Source: Eledone cirrhosa (taxonomy: Eukaryota). Taken from it: a DNA stretch of 64,000 bases. The stretch covers positions 136,959 through 200,958 of the forward strand of contig CAXHJY010001394.1 of NCBI GenBank assembly GCA_964016885.1, in the 5' to 3' direction. This document shows, in pieces, positions 1-10,612 of this stretch (within the stretch, counting starts at the first letter, position 1; each line of letters opens with the position of its first letter). The position numbers and the translations under genes are program-made. Below the pieces are notes generated by a model that did no database searches, was not told where the DNA came from, and saw only the letters and a list, made by a program, of their open reading frames with translations.

Positions 1-154
1 TATGTTGGGAGGTGCATTCTTCCCCAGGGGGTGGGGATTGTGTGTTTACAAATGTCAATATCTCATCTTCTGGTGAGGATAAAAATCTGACTGGCATGCT
101 CCTCTGACCAATAGGTGTTGAAGTGGTTGTCGGGTAAACGTTAAGACCCTCTGA
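1..154 (-). pseudogene. Decayed RTE-clade LINE, endonuclease C-terminal part (continuation of the previous unit's minus-strand element)
   Basis: Identical to 14582-14735; minus-strand ...PGEECTSQHNPVVSDF resembles the end of an APE endonuclease domain. Confidence 0.65.
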
Positions 155-174
155 TATACATATATATATATATA

Positions 175-460
175 CTAGCAGTGGTACCCGGCGTTGCACG
201 GGATAACGTATTTCGGAACGCGGGCCGCCATCTTCCACTTCAGCCGGTCGCCCTAAAGTGTTGGCTATTCAGTCTACTTGAGGCCAGTTGGTGAGGGGGG
301 GTAAAGCTTTCAGTGTGCTACTACCCTCACGGTCAAATAGAAAGGGAGAGGAAGAAAAGTCAGCGTTAATATCGTGCTACACGTTTGAAAGGTTGGATGA
401 CCTTAGAGTTCACCAGGGTGGGGGGTTCTAAAAGTATCTATCTTGGTATTTTATCTTAGA
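175..460 (-). mobile_element. Non-autonomous Helitron-like element, 3' end (5' boundary uncertain)
   Basis: The minus strand reads CCCGTGCAACGCCGGG (hairpin, 187-202), then 8 nt, then CTAG|T at 175, abutting a (TA)n tract. This is the canonical Helitron 3' terminus. Copies start at 14756, 27753, 39166 and 52163. Confidence 0.7.
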
Positions 461-479
461 AGTAATCATTACAGAGTGT

Positions 480-1288
480 ACTGGGTGTATTTTAGTGGGC
501 AGTAATTCCATAAAGAACACAGTATAATCTGTGGACACAAGCCTTGCAGTGTGATTACAGGCAGGTTAATGGGAAAGATAGATTATATATGTGACATGAT
601 GTACATGAGAAGTGAGGACACAGACCACACATGAAATAGATTCCTACAACTGTCAGGGAGGCTCCCTAGAATTACAGATGACATATTTCAATATCTCGGT
701 GATCAAGTTAGCAGTGGAGGAAGAATCTCTAAAAGTGTAATACCCAGGATAAGGACAGGCTGGAAGAAGTTTAGAGTACTGTTCCATCTGTTGACAACAA
801 AGGGCTTCTCTCTCAGAATGGAGGCTAGACTGCTTGATACTTATGTGTGGTCTGCAATCTACACCCCAGCCATGCCCCTTCCACTACCACTCCTTAGCTA
901 TTTCTCTCCATTAATACTCCTCACATTTCAAGCAGTTTTCTCATCTCAATGAAAGAAAAATATTGGGCTCAAGAGAAGTCTTCAGTTATGCCATGGTGTG
1001 GCAACCTCCCTAGGGTTGGGCAGAGTGTAAATGAGAGTGAAATTAGGTATGAGAGGGATCATATGCAGTATACAAGAGAGTAGATTACATTGGTATGGTC
1101 ATGTGATGGGTATAAAGGATGACAGCTGTATAAAAATGTGCTGGGCAATCAAAGTTGATGGAAGTTATGAAGGCGGAAGACCCAGGATGACCTGGGATGA
1201 GGTGATAAAAGATGACTTTGCACAATTGCAACTCTCAAAGACAATGACACAGGATAGAGATCTTGAGATGTATGCAGCAATACAGAAG
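480..1288 (+). pseudogene. Decayed RTE-clade LINE, ORF C-terminus (after the RT core)
   Basis: Broken frames give FQYLGDQVSSGG, RIRTGWKKFR and RLHWYGHVM...GRPRMTWDEVIKDD...TQDRDL, typical RTE C-terminal motifs. Truncated by the satellite at 1289; about 862-1020 is unrelated sequence. Confidence 0.85.
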
Positions 1289-1684
1289 GCCCTGTGCGTC
1301 GATCGTGGGCCGGCCGGATGTTGACGGATCGATGTGTAATTAGAAGTACATGTGCGGACACTCATTGGCTGTGCGTGGTATGCATTTCAGCAAGATATCT
1401 CCGTAACATCAAGAGTTATGGCTGTGGAGGCACACCTAGTCAAACGTAAACAAGCTCTGGAGCGTATACGCTTCGCGATTTTGTTTACGTTTGACTAGGT
1501 GTGCCTCCACAGCCACAACTCTTGATGTTACGGAGATATCTTGCTGAAATGCATACCACGCACAGCCAATGAGTGTCCGCACATGTACTTCTAATTACAC
1601 ATCGATCCGTCAACATCCGGCCGGCCCACGATCGACGCACAGGGCCGGATGGCCCGTTTGCAGTGAATTTTCACCGGAATCGAT

Positions 1685-2018
1685 CTGTAATTACTGGTAC
1701 ATGTGCGGACACACATTTGCTGTGTGTGGTGTGATTTTCACGAAAAACTGCCCATGCTAAATGAGGAAGCTGAAGTCCGCCGGCGAATGGTGTGCTTCGA
1801 AGAAAACTAATTCGAAAATGACCGTTTGCAGGCGGAGTAACCTTTTCGATCGTGGGCCAGCCGCCCGTGGTGGGATACATCTGTAATTACTGGTACATGT
1901 GCGGACACACATTTGCTGTGTGTGGTGTGATTTTCGAGAAAGACTGCCCATGCTAAATGAGGAAGCTGAAGTCCGCCGGCGAATGGTGTGCTTCGAAGAA
2001 AACTAATTCGAAAATGAC
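1685..2018 (-). repeat. ~196-bp basic satellite monomer (tandem copies)
   Basis: ctgtaattactggtac at 1685 and 1881; cccatgctaaatga at 1751 and 1947. On the + strand attacagat occurs at 2631 and 2827. A 152-bp deletion derivative spans 2486-2637. Confidence 0.9.
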
Positions 2019-2557
2019 TATTTGCCGGCGGAATCACCTTTTCGGTCCTGGTCCGGCCGGATCTTGCCGGATCGATCGGAAATTTGTGGACCATGTTCGG
2101 AAGGCCATTGTGCATGTGTGGTGAAAAAAATTTGTGTCGAAATCTTCTCGGAAAATAACGGATCGCCGGCGGAGATTGCCATTTCGATCGTGGGCCGGCC
2201 GGATCTTGTCGGATCGATTCGGACATATGTGCATCGTGTTCGCAAGGCCCTTGTCTATGTGTGGTGTGATTTTCATAAAGAAATTCCGAAAAACCCAGTT
2301 TTAAATCTGATTTCGCCAAAGAATTTTGGCTATCAGATCGGGTTGAAAGGTATGGTTTCAGGTCGATCTGAAAGTCTAAAATGGAATTCACTCGGTTAGC
2401 TAACTTTTGATATATCGGAGATATCTTTCTGAAAATCACACCACACACTCCCAATGAGTGTCTGCACATGTACGAGTAATTACAGATGGATCCCACCACG
2501 GGCGGCCGGCCCACGATCGAAAAGGTTACTCCGAAGCACACCATTCGCCGGCGGAAT

Positions 2558-3544
2558 TCATTTAGCATGGGCAGTTTTTCTCGAAAATCACACCACACAC
2601 AGCCAATGAGTGTCCGCACATGTACCAGTAATTACAGATGGATCCCACCACGGGCGGCTGGCCCACGATCGAAAAGGTTACTCCGCCTGCAAACGGTCAT
2701 TTTCGAATTAGTTTTCTTCGAAGCACACCATTCGCCGGCGGACTTCAGCTTCCTCATTTAGCATGGGCAGTTTTTCTCGAAAATCACACCACACACAGCA
2801 AATGTGTGTCCGCACATGTACCAGTAATTACAGATCGATTCCGGTGAAAATTCACTGAAAACGGGCCATTCTGCCCTGTGCGTCGATCGTGGGCCGGCCG
2901 GATGTTGACGGATCGATGTGTAATTAGAAGTACATGTGCGGACACTCATTGGCTGTGCGTGGTATGCATTTCAGCAAGATATCTCCGTAACATCAAGAGT
3001 TATGGCTGTGGAGGCACACCTAGTCAAACGTAAACAAGCTCTGGAGCGTATACGCTTCGCGATTTTGTTTACGTTTGACTAGGTGTGCCTCCACAGCCAC
3101 AACTCTTGATGTTACGGAGATATCTTGCTGAAATGCATACCACGCACAGCCAATGAGTGTCCGCACATGTACTTCTAATTACACATCGATCCGTCAACAT
3201 CCGGCCGGCCCACGATCGACGCACAGGGCCGGATGGCCCGTTTTCAGTGAATTTTCACCGGAATCGATCTGTAATTACTGGTACATGTGCGGACACACAT
3301 TTGCTGTGTGTGGTGTGATTTTCACGAAAAACTGCCCATGCTAAATGAGGAAGCTGAAGTCCGCCGGCGAATGGTGTGCTTCGAAGAAAACTAATTCGAA
3401 AATGACCGTTTGCAGGCGGAGTAACCTTTTCGATCGTGGGCCAGCCGCCCGTGGTGGGATACATCTGTAATTACTGGTACATGTGCGGACACACATTTGC
3501 TGTGTGTGGTGTGATTTTCGAGAAAGACTGCCCATGCTAAATGA
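2558..3544. repeat. ~1-kb inverted repeat (about 480-bp arms, 27-bp loop); representative copy
   Basis: Left arm ends ...ctagtcaaacgtaaacaa (3037), loop gctctggagcgtatacgcttcgcgatt, right arm starts ttgtttacgtttgactag (3065). About 9 mismatches by eye. Mirror ORFs appear on opposite strands (2758..2949- versus 3153..3344+). Confidence 0.95.
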
Positions 3545-6500
3545 GGAAGCTGAAGTCCGCCGGCGAATGGTGTGCTTCGAAGAAAACTAATTCGAAAATG
3601 ACTATTTGCCGGCGGAATCACCTTTTCGGTCCTGGTCCGGCCGGATCTTGCCGGATCGATCGGAAATTTGTGGACCATGTTCGGAAGGCCATTGTGCATG
3701 TGTGGTGAAAAAAATTTGTGTCGAAATCTTCTCGGAAAATAACGGATCGCCGGCGGAGATTGCCATTTCGATCGTGGGCCGGCCGGATCTTGTCGGATCG
3801 ATTCGGACATATGTGCATCGTGTTCGCAAGGCCCTTGTCTATGTGTGGTGTGATTTTCATAAAGAAATTCCGAAAAACCCAGTTTTAAATCTGATTTCGC
3901 CAAAGAATTTTGGCTATCAGATCGGGTTGAAAGGTATGGTTTCAGGTCGATCTGAAAGTCTAAAATGGAATTCACTCGGTTAGCTAACTTTTGATATATC
4001 GGAGATATCTTTCTGAAAATCACACCACACACTCCCAATGAGTGTCTGCACATGTACCAGTAATTACAGATGGATCCCACCACGGGCGGCCGGCCCACGA
4101 TCGAAAAGGTTACTCCGAAGCACACCATTCGCCGGCGGAATTCATTTAGCATGGGCAGTTTTTCTCGAAAATCACACCACACACAGCCAATGAGTGTCCG
4201 CACATGTACCAGTAATTACAGATGGATCCCACCACGGGCGGCTGGCCCACGATCGAAAAGGTTACTCCGCCTGCAAACGGTCATTTTCGAATTAGTTTTC
4301 TTCGAAGCACACCATTCGCCGGCGGACTTCAGCTTCCTCATTTAGCATGGGCAGTTTTTCTCGAAAATCACACCACACACAGCAAATGTGTGTCCGCACA
4401 TGTACCAGTAATTACAGATCGATTCCGGTGAAAATTCACTGAAAACGGGCCATTCTGCCCTGTGCGTCGATCGTGGGCCGGCCGGATGTTGACGGATCGA
4501 TGTGTAATTAGAAGTACATGTGCGAACACTCATTGGCTGTGCGTGGTATGCATTTCAGCAAGATATCTCCGTAACATCAAGAGTTATGGCTGTGGAGGCA
4601 CACCTAGTCAAACGTAAACAAGCTCTGGAGCGTATACGCTTCGCGATTTTGTTTACGTTTGACTAGGTGTGCCTCCACAGCCACAACTCTTGATGTTACG
4701 GAGATATCTTGCTGAAATGCATACCACGCACAGCCAATGAGTGTCCGCACATGTACTTCTAATTACACATCGATCCGTCAACATCCGGCCGGCCCACGAT
4801 CGACGCACAGGGCCGGATGGCCCGTTTTCAGTGAATTTTCACCGGAATCGATCTGTAATTACTGGTACATGTGCGGACACACATTTGCTGTGTGTGGTGT
4901 GATTTTCACGAAAAACTGCCCATGCTAAATGAGGAAGCTGAAGTCCGCCGGCGAATGGTGTGCTTCGAAGAAAACTAATTCGAAAATGACCGTTTGCAGG
5001 CGGAGTAACCTTTTCGATCGTGGGCCAGCCGCCCGTGGTGGGATACATCTGTAATTACTGGTACATGTGCGGACACACATTTGCTGTGTGTGGTGTGATT
5101 TTCGAGAAAGACTGCCCATGCTAAATGAGGAAGCTGAAGTCCGCCGGCGAATGGTGTGCTTCGAAGAAAACTAATTCGAAAATGACTATTTGCCGGCGGA
5201 ATCACCTTTTCGGTCCTGGTCCGGCCGGATCTTGCCGGATCGATCGGAAATTTGTGGACCATGTTCGGAAGGCCATTGTGCATGTGTGGTGAAAAAAATT
5301 TGTGTCGAAATCTTCTCGGAAAATAACGGATCGCCGGCGGAGATTGCCATTTCGATCGTGGGCCGGCCGGATCTTGTCGGATCGATTCGGACATATGTGC
5401 ATCGTGTTCGCAAGGCCCTTGTCTATGTGTGGTGTGATTTTCATAAAGAAATTCCGAAAAACCCAGTTTTAAATCTGATTTCGCCAAAGAATTTTGGCTA
5501 TCAGATCGGGTTGAAAGGTATGGTTTCAGGTCGATCTGAAAGTCTAAAATGGAATTCACTCGGTTAGCTAACTTTTGATATATCGGAGATATCTTTCTGA
5601 AAATCACACCACACACTCCCAATGAGTGTCTGCACATGTACCAGTAATTACAGATGGATCCCACCACGGGCAGCCGGCCCACGATCGAAAAGGTTACTCC
5701 GAAGCACACCATTCGCCGGCGGAATTCATTTAGCATGGGCAGTTTTTCTCGAAAATCACACCACACACAGCCAATGAGTGTCCGCACATGTACCAGTAAT
5801 TACAGATGGATCCCACCACGGGCGGCTGGCCCACGATCGAAAAGGTTACTCCGCCTGCAAACGGTCATTTTCGAATTAGTTTTCTTCGAAGCACACCATT
5901 CGCCGGCGGACTTCAGCTTCCTCATTTAGCATGGGCAGTTTTTCTCGAAAATCACACCACACACAGCAAATGTGTGTCCGCACATGTACCAGTAATTACA
6001 GATCGATTCCGGTGAAAATTCACTGAAAACGGGCCATTCTGCCCTGTGCGTCGATCGTGGGCCGGCCGGATGTTGACGGATCGATGTGTAATTAGAAGTA
6101 CATGTGCGGACACTCATTGGCTGTGCGTGGTATGCATTTCAGCAAGATATCTCCGTAACATCAAGAGTTATGGCTGTGGAGGCACACCTAGTCAAACGTA
6201 AACAAGCTCTGGAGCGTATACGCTTCGCGATTTTGTTTACGTTTGACTAGGTGTGCCTCCACAGCCACAACTCTTGATGTTACGGAGATATCTTGCTGAA
6301 ATGCATACCACGCACAGCCAATGAGTGTCCGCACATGTACTTCTAATTACACATCGATCCGTCAACATCCGGCCGGCCCACGATCGACGCACAGGGCCGG
6401 ATGGCCCGTTTTCAGTGAATTTTCACCGGAATCGATCTGTAATTACTGGTACATGTGCGGACACACATTTGCTGTGTGTGGTGTGATTTTCACGAAAAAC

Positions 6501-7603
6501 TGCCCATGCTAAATGAGGAAGCTGAAGTCCGCCGGCGAATGGTGTGCTTCGAAGAAAACTAATTCGAAAATGACCGTTTGCAGGCGGAGTAACCTTTTCG
6601 ATCGTGGGCCAGCCGCCCGTGGTGGGATACATCTGTAATTACTGGTACATGTGCGGACACACATTTGCTGTGTGTGGTGTGATTTTCGAGAAAGACTGCC
6701 CATGCTAAATGAGGAAGCTGAAGTCCGCCGGCGAATGGTGTGCTTCGAAGAAAACTAATTCGAAAATGACTATTTGCCGGCGGAATCACCTTTTCGGTCC
6801 TGGTCCGGCCGGATCTTGCCGGATCGATCGGAAATTTGTGGACCATGTTCGGAAGGCCATTGTGCATGTGTGGTGAAAAAAATTTGTGTCGAAATCTTCT
6901 CGGAAAATAACGGATCGCCGGCGGAGATTGCCATTTCGATCGTGGGCCGGCCGGATCTTGTCGGATCGATTCGGACATATGTGCATCGTGTTCGCAAGGC
7001 CCTTGTCTATGTGTGGTGTGATTTTCATAAAGAAATTCCGAAAAACCCAGTTTTAAATCTGATTTCGCCAAAGAATTTTGGCTATCAGATCGGGTTGAAA
7101 GGTATGGTTTCAGGTCGATCTGAAAGTCTAAAATGGAATTCACTCGGTTAGCTAACTATTGATATATCGGAGATATCTTTCTGAAAATCACACCACACAC
7201 TCCCAATGAGTGTCTGCACATGTCCCAGTAATTACAGATGGATCCCACCACGGGCGGCCGGCCCACGATCGAAAAGGTTACTCCGAAGCACACCATTCGC
7301 CGGCGGAATTCATTTAGCATGGGCAGTTTTTCTCGAAAATCACACCACACACAGCCAATCAGTGTCCGCACATGTACCAGTAATTACAGATGGATCCCAC
7401 TACGGGCGGCTGGCCCACGATCGAAAAGGTTACTCCGCCTGCAAACGGTCATTTTCGAATTCGTTTTCTTCGAAGCACACCATTCGCCGGCGGACTTCAG
7501 CTGCCTCATTTAGCATGGGCAGCTTTTCTCGAAAATCACACCACACACAGCCAATGAGTTTAAAATACTCACCGTTTGATTTGGAAAAACTTAAAATGCT
7601 CAC

Positions 7604-7634
7604 ATATATATGTGTATGTATTTATCTATGCATG

Positions 7635-7680
<46 letters not shown>

Positions 7681-8176
7681 TGTATTTATCTATGTATTTA
7701 TCTATATGCATGGATATATATATATATATATATATTTATCTATGTATTTATCTATATGCATGGATATATATATATATATATATATATATGTATTTATCTA
7801 TGCATGTATGAATATATAAAATATATATATATATATATGTGTGTATGTATTTATCTATGCATGTATGAATATATAAAATATATATATATATATATATGTA
7901 TGTATTTATCTATGCATGTATATATATATAAATATATACATAAATATATATATATATATATGTATTTATCTATGCATGTGTGCATACATATATATATATA
8001 TATATGTATTTATCTATACATGTATGTATATATATATATATACATATATAAGTATTTATCTATACATGTATGTATATATATATATACATATATATGTATT
8101 TATCTATACATGTATGTATATATATATATATATATATATGTATATAAGTATTTATCTATACATGTATGTATATATA
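7604..8176. repeat. (TA)n-based minisatellite, unit ~gtatttatctat(g/a)catgt(at)n
   Basis: Directly visible; copies at 20601, 32014, 45011 and 59592. Confidence 0.95.
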
Positions 8177-8264
8177 AAATATTGTCATGTTTACAAAAAT
8201 ATTTTTCTAATATCGTGTTTAATATTTTATATTGTCGTCTGCTTCTCTTCTCACGTGGTTACTA

Positions 8265-8638
8265 ACTCTCTCACCCTCTCTCTCTTTCCCCTCTCATACA
8301 ACCCCTTCTTTCTCTTTCTTTCCCCTCTCACACAACCTCTTCTTTCTCTCTCTTTTTGCCAGTCCCTTCTCTCACTCTCTCTCCCTCTTCCTTTTTTATC
8401 TCTTTCTTTCTGTCTCTGTTTCCCTCCTATAGACATTCTCTCTCTCTCTTTCTGCTCTCACTCAGCCTTCTCTCTCTTTCCCCTCTCACACAGTCTTCTC
8501 TCTCTCTCTTTCCCCTCTCACACAGCATTCTCTCTCTCTCTCTCTCTCTTTCCCCTCTCACACAGCATTCTCTCTCTCTCTCTCTCTTTATTTCCCCTCT
8601 CACACAGCCTTCTCTCTCTATCTATCTATCTCTCTCTC
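8265..8638. repeat. CT-rich minisatellite, unit ~tttcccctctcacacagc(a/c)ttc(tc)n
   Basis: Polypyrimidine tract with a recurring cccctctcacaca core; copies at 21262, 32675, 45672 and 60253. Confidence 0.93.
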
Positions 8639-8923
8639 TGGAGATTTTTTAACACAAAGTCACACAAGGATTAGAAAAATGGCGATAATCACTTTGAAAG
8701 TAACAATTATGCAATAAATAGTTGTTATTGCCACGTCTCGTATCCTCCTTTGGCAATGTGTAAAATGTTAGCGAGATCGAGTGAACAATACACAAGTTAT
8801 AATACTTTACAGACGGGACTTATACAGTAGATGTAGCAAAATGCGTAGATTACGATTCTTGAGACGAGATTAAAATATACGATTATGGGATACTTTAAGA
8901 AGACGAGTAGATGTTTGAGTAGA

Positions 8924-9278
8924 TTTAGCTGCTTTTTCTAGCATTTTTAGTTATACTTTGAAGCAAATTTTTTTTGTTACTATTATATTAAAAGTTATCT
9001 GGTTACGTTATTTGACTGGTATTTCTAGCATTTTACAAGGACCACGTGTGTGTTTTATTTGAGGAAGATCTAGTTGTTATTTCTGATATTTTCTTCATCA
9101 AGTTAGTTGCTATTTCCTGCATCCTCTTGAAGACAAGGAATAATAATGAATTAGCTGCTGTTTCTAGTAGGTTCTATGGTAGTGGTGAGCGTGGGAGGGA
9201 GGTTTGACTGCTATTTTTAGCAGGTTCTAAGGCATTGAGGTTTATGTTTTACGAGAGATTTGGCTGTTATTTCTAACA
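8924..9278 (+). repeat. Cluster of seven degenerate 20-bp motifs (tttRgctgctatttctagca) with dissimilar spacers
   Basis: Motif starts at 8924, 9011, 9069, 9102, 9150, 9203 and 9259, with a solo copy at 10899. Present in every unit. Confidence 0.75.
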
Positions 9279-9619
9279 TGTTATAATGGAGAGAGAGAGA
9301 GAGAGTATAAGATATACAGAGAGAGGGAGTATAAGATATAGAGAGAGGGGAAACGGCCGATGTTTACGTTGAGAAAACCTAATAAAATGTTATAAATGGG
9401 TTTATAAAGAATAGAATGAGATAAACAAGACAAAGTTAGATAAAATAAATCAGCTGTAAGGATATTATACGATATATTTATAATATTTTAATATATTTTT
9501 CCTGGTCGTCTGCTGCCATTGATAGAGAGAGGAGTGGTGGGAGGTAGCCATAACAACCGTGGTAGCAGCACTGAGGTTTGTTTTTAAAGAAGTGAATACA
9601 AGAAAAACAAGCAACTAAG

Positions 9620-10460
9620 AATATTAATCTCTTAAACCCTTCAAGATGTGTATGACAAGAAAGAAGACGTTTTAGAGTCGTATGACATAGATGATAACTG
9701 GAAATTCTTACGTGACAACTTACTGCAGGCTACTGAAGAAACTTGTGGCTGGAGCAGAGCTCCGACCAGACAGAGAGTGACCTGGTGGTGGGACAACACG
9801 GTAGATAAGGCCATTAGAGACAAAAGACTAGCATGGAACACTTGAAAAAATGGTGGGAGTAGAGACCGATACACAGCTGCTAAGAGAGAAGCTAGACGTC
9901 AGATGTACTTAGCACGCACGGAGGCTGAGAGTAGGAGGTTTGCCAATGTTCTGTGATGGGAAGATCAGAGGCGTGCGGTGTTCCACATTGCAAGGCATGG
10001 TGTCAGTGTAAATCAGGATGTTGTTGGAGATAAGTGTATCCGGAATGATGCCAGTGTACTTGGTGTCACGAATGATCAAAAAAAGGAGGCCTGGAAATAT
10101 CATTATGAGAGGCTGATGAATTGTGGAGAATGAATGGGAGAGAGGGAAACTATCCCCAGTAGACCCAACAGAGGGACCAGCTATTGAGATTGGGGAATAT
10201 AGGGTACAAGAGGCAATTAAGGAAATGAAGAATGGCAAGGCTACTGGACTCTAGGGGATAGTTGCTCAGATGCTGAAGGCATCAGAAGTAGGCACTAAAC
10301 TGGTTACACACATCATCAATCAAGCTATATATGGTAGTGTCATACCCAAAGAATGGTGCAGCAGTATTCTCATAAATTGGTACAAAGGTAAAGGGGATGC
10401 TCTGGAGAGGAGCAATTATATGGGCACTTCAATATTTAATGATACAGGTGATAAAACAAC
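9620..10460 (+). pseudogene. Decayed RTE-clade LINE, endonuclease-RT linker and start of RT
   Basis: NWKFLRDNLLQATEETCGWS...TWWWDNTVDKAI, EAWKYHYERLMN, EGPAIEI...AIKEMKNGKA and IPKEWCSSILINWYKGKGDALERSNY, with stops and frameshifts. Confidence 0.88.
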
Positions 10461-10612
10461 AACTATAAGGTAAATAAGTCACCTTATGTTATTTACAAAC
10501 ATTAACGTCCACCTTAATATGAAATAATCACCATAAAAGAGGAAGCGAGGGCATCGGCTACCGGCACCCGGGCTGCTCTCTCATCCTGAGTGGGATCTTC
10601 CAGCGTTGATGC

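Larger units (their letters stand above)
1289..7559. repeat. Palindromic satellite array 1: 4 x 1584-bp subunits (last lacks 65 bp)
   Basis: Exact 1584-bp periodicity (ORFs at 1569/3153/4737/6321). Starts at gccctgtgcgtcg (1289) and ends at cagccaatgagt (7559). Palindrome centres at 1467, 3051, 4635, 6219. Confidence 0.97.

Noticed and set aside
1454-1480. Protelomerase (telRL-like) target
   Set aside because: The resemblance is superficial (dyad core in a palindrome). The flanking loop is asymmetric and no telomere resolvase gene is present.
1807-2619. 270-aa ORF and the many 60-125-aa ORFs within the satellite
   Set aside because: They overlap in several frames on both strands, mirror the palindrome, and have no recognisable domain. 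The 270-aa ORF is broken by a stop in terminal subunits.
1289-2872. CENP-B box or heat-shock elements in the monomer
   Set aside because: I found no TTCGnnnnAnnCGGG match by eye. Sites such as ttctcgaa give only two good nGAAn units, which is expected in dyad-rich DNA.
7206-8674. 201-, 229- and 252-aa YI-rich or LS-rich ORFs
   Set aside because: They are translations of (TA)n and (CT)n simple repeats.
8924-9278. CRISPR array
   Set aside because: The repeats are degenerate, spacing is irregular (33-87 bp), there are no cas genes, and the context is eukaryotic.
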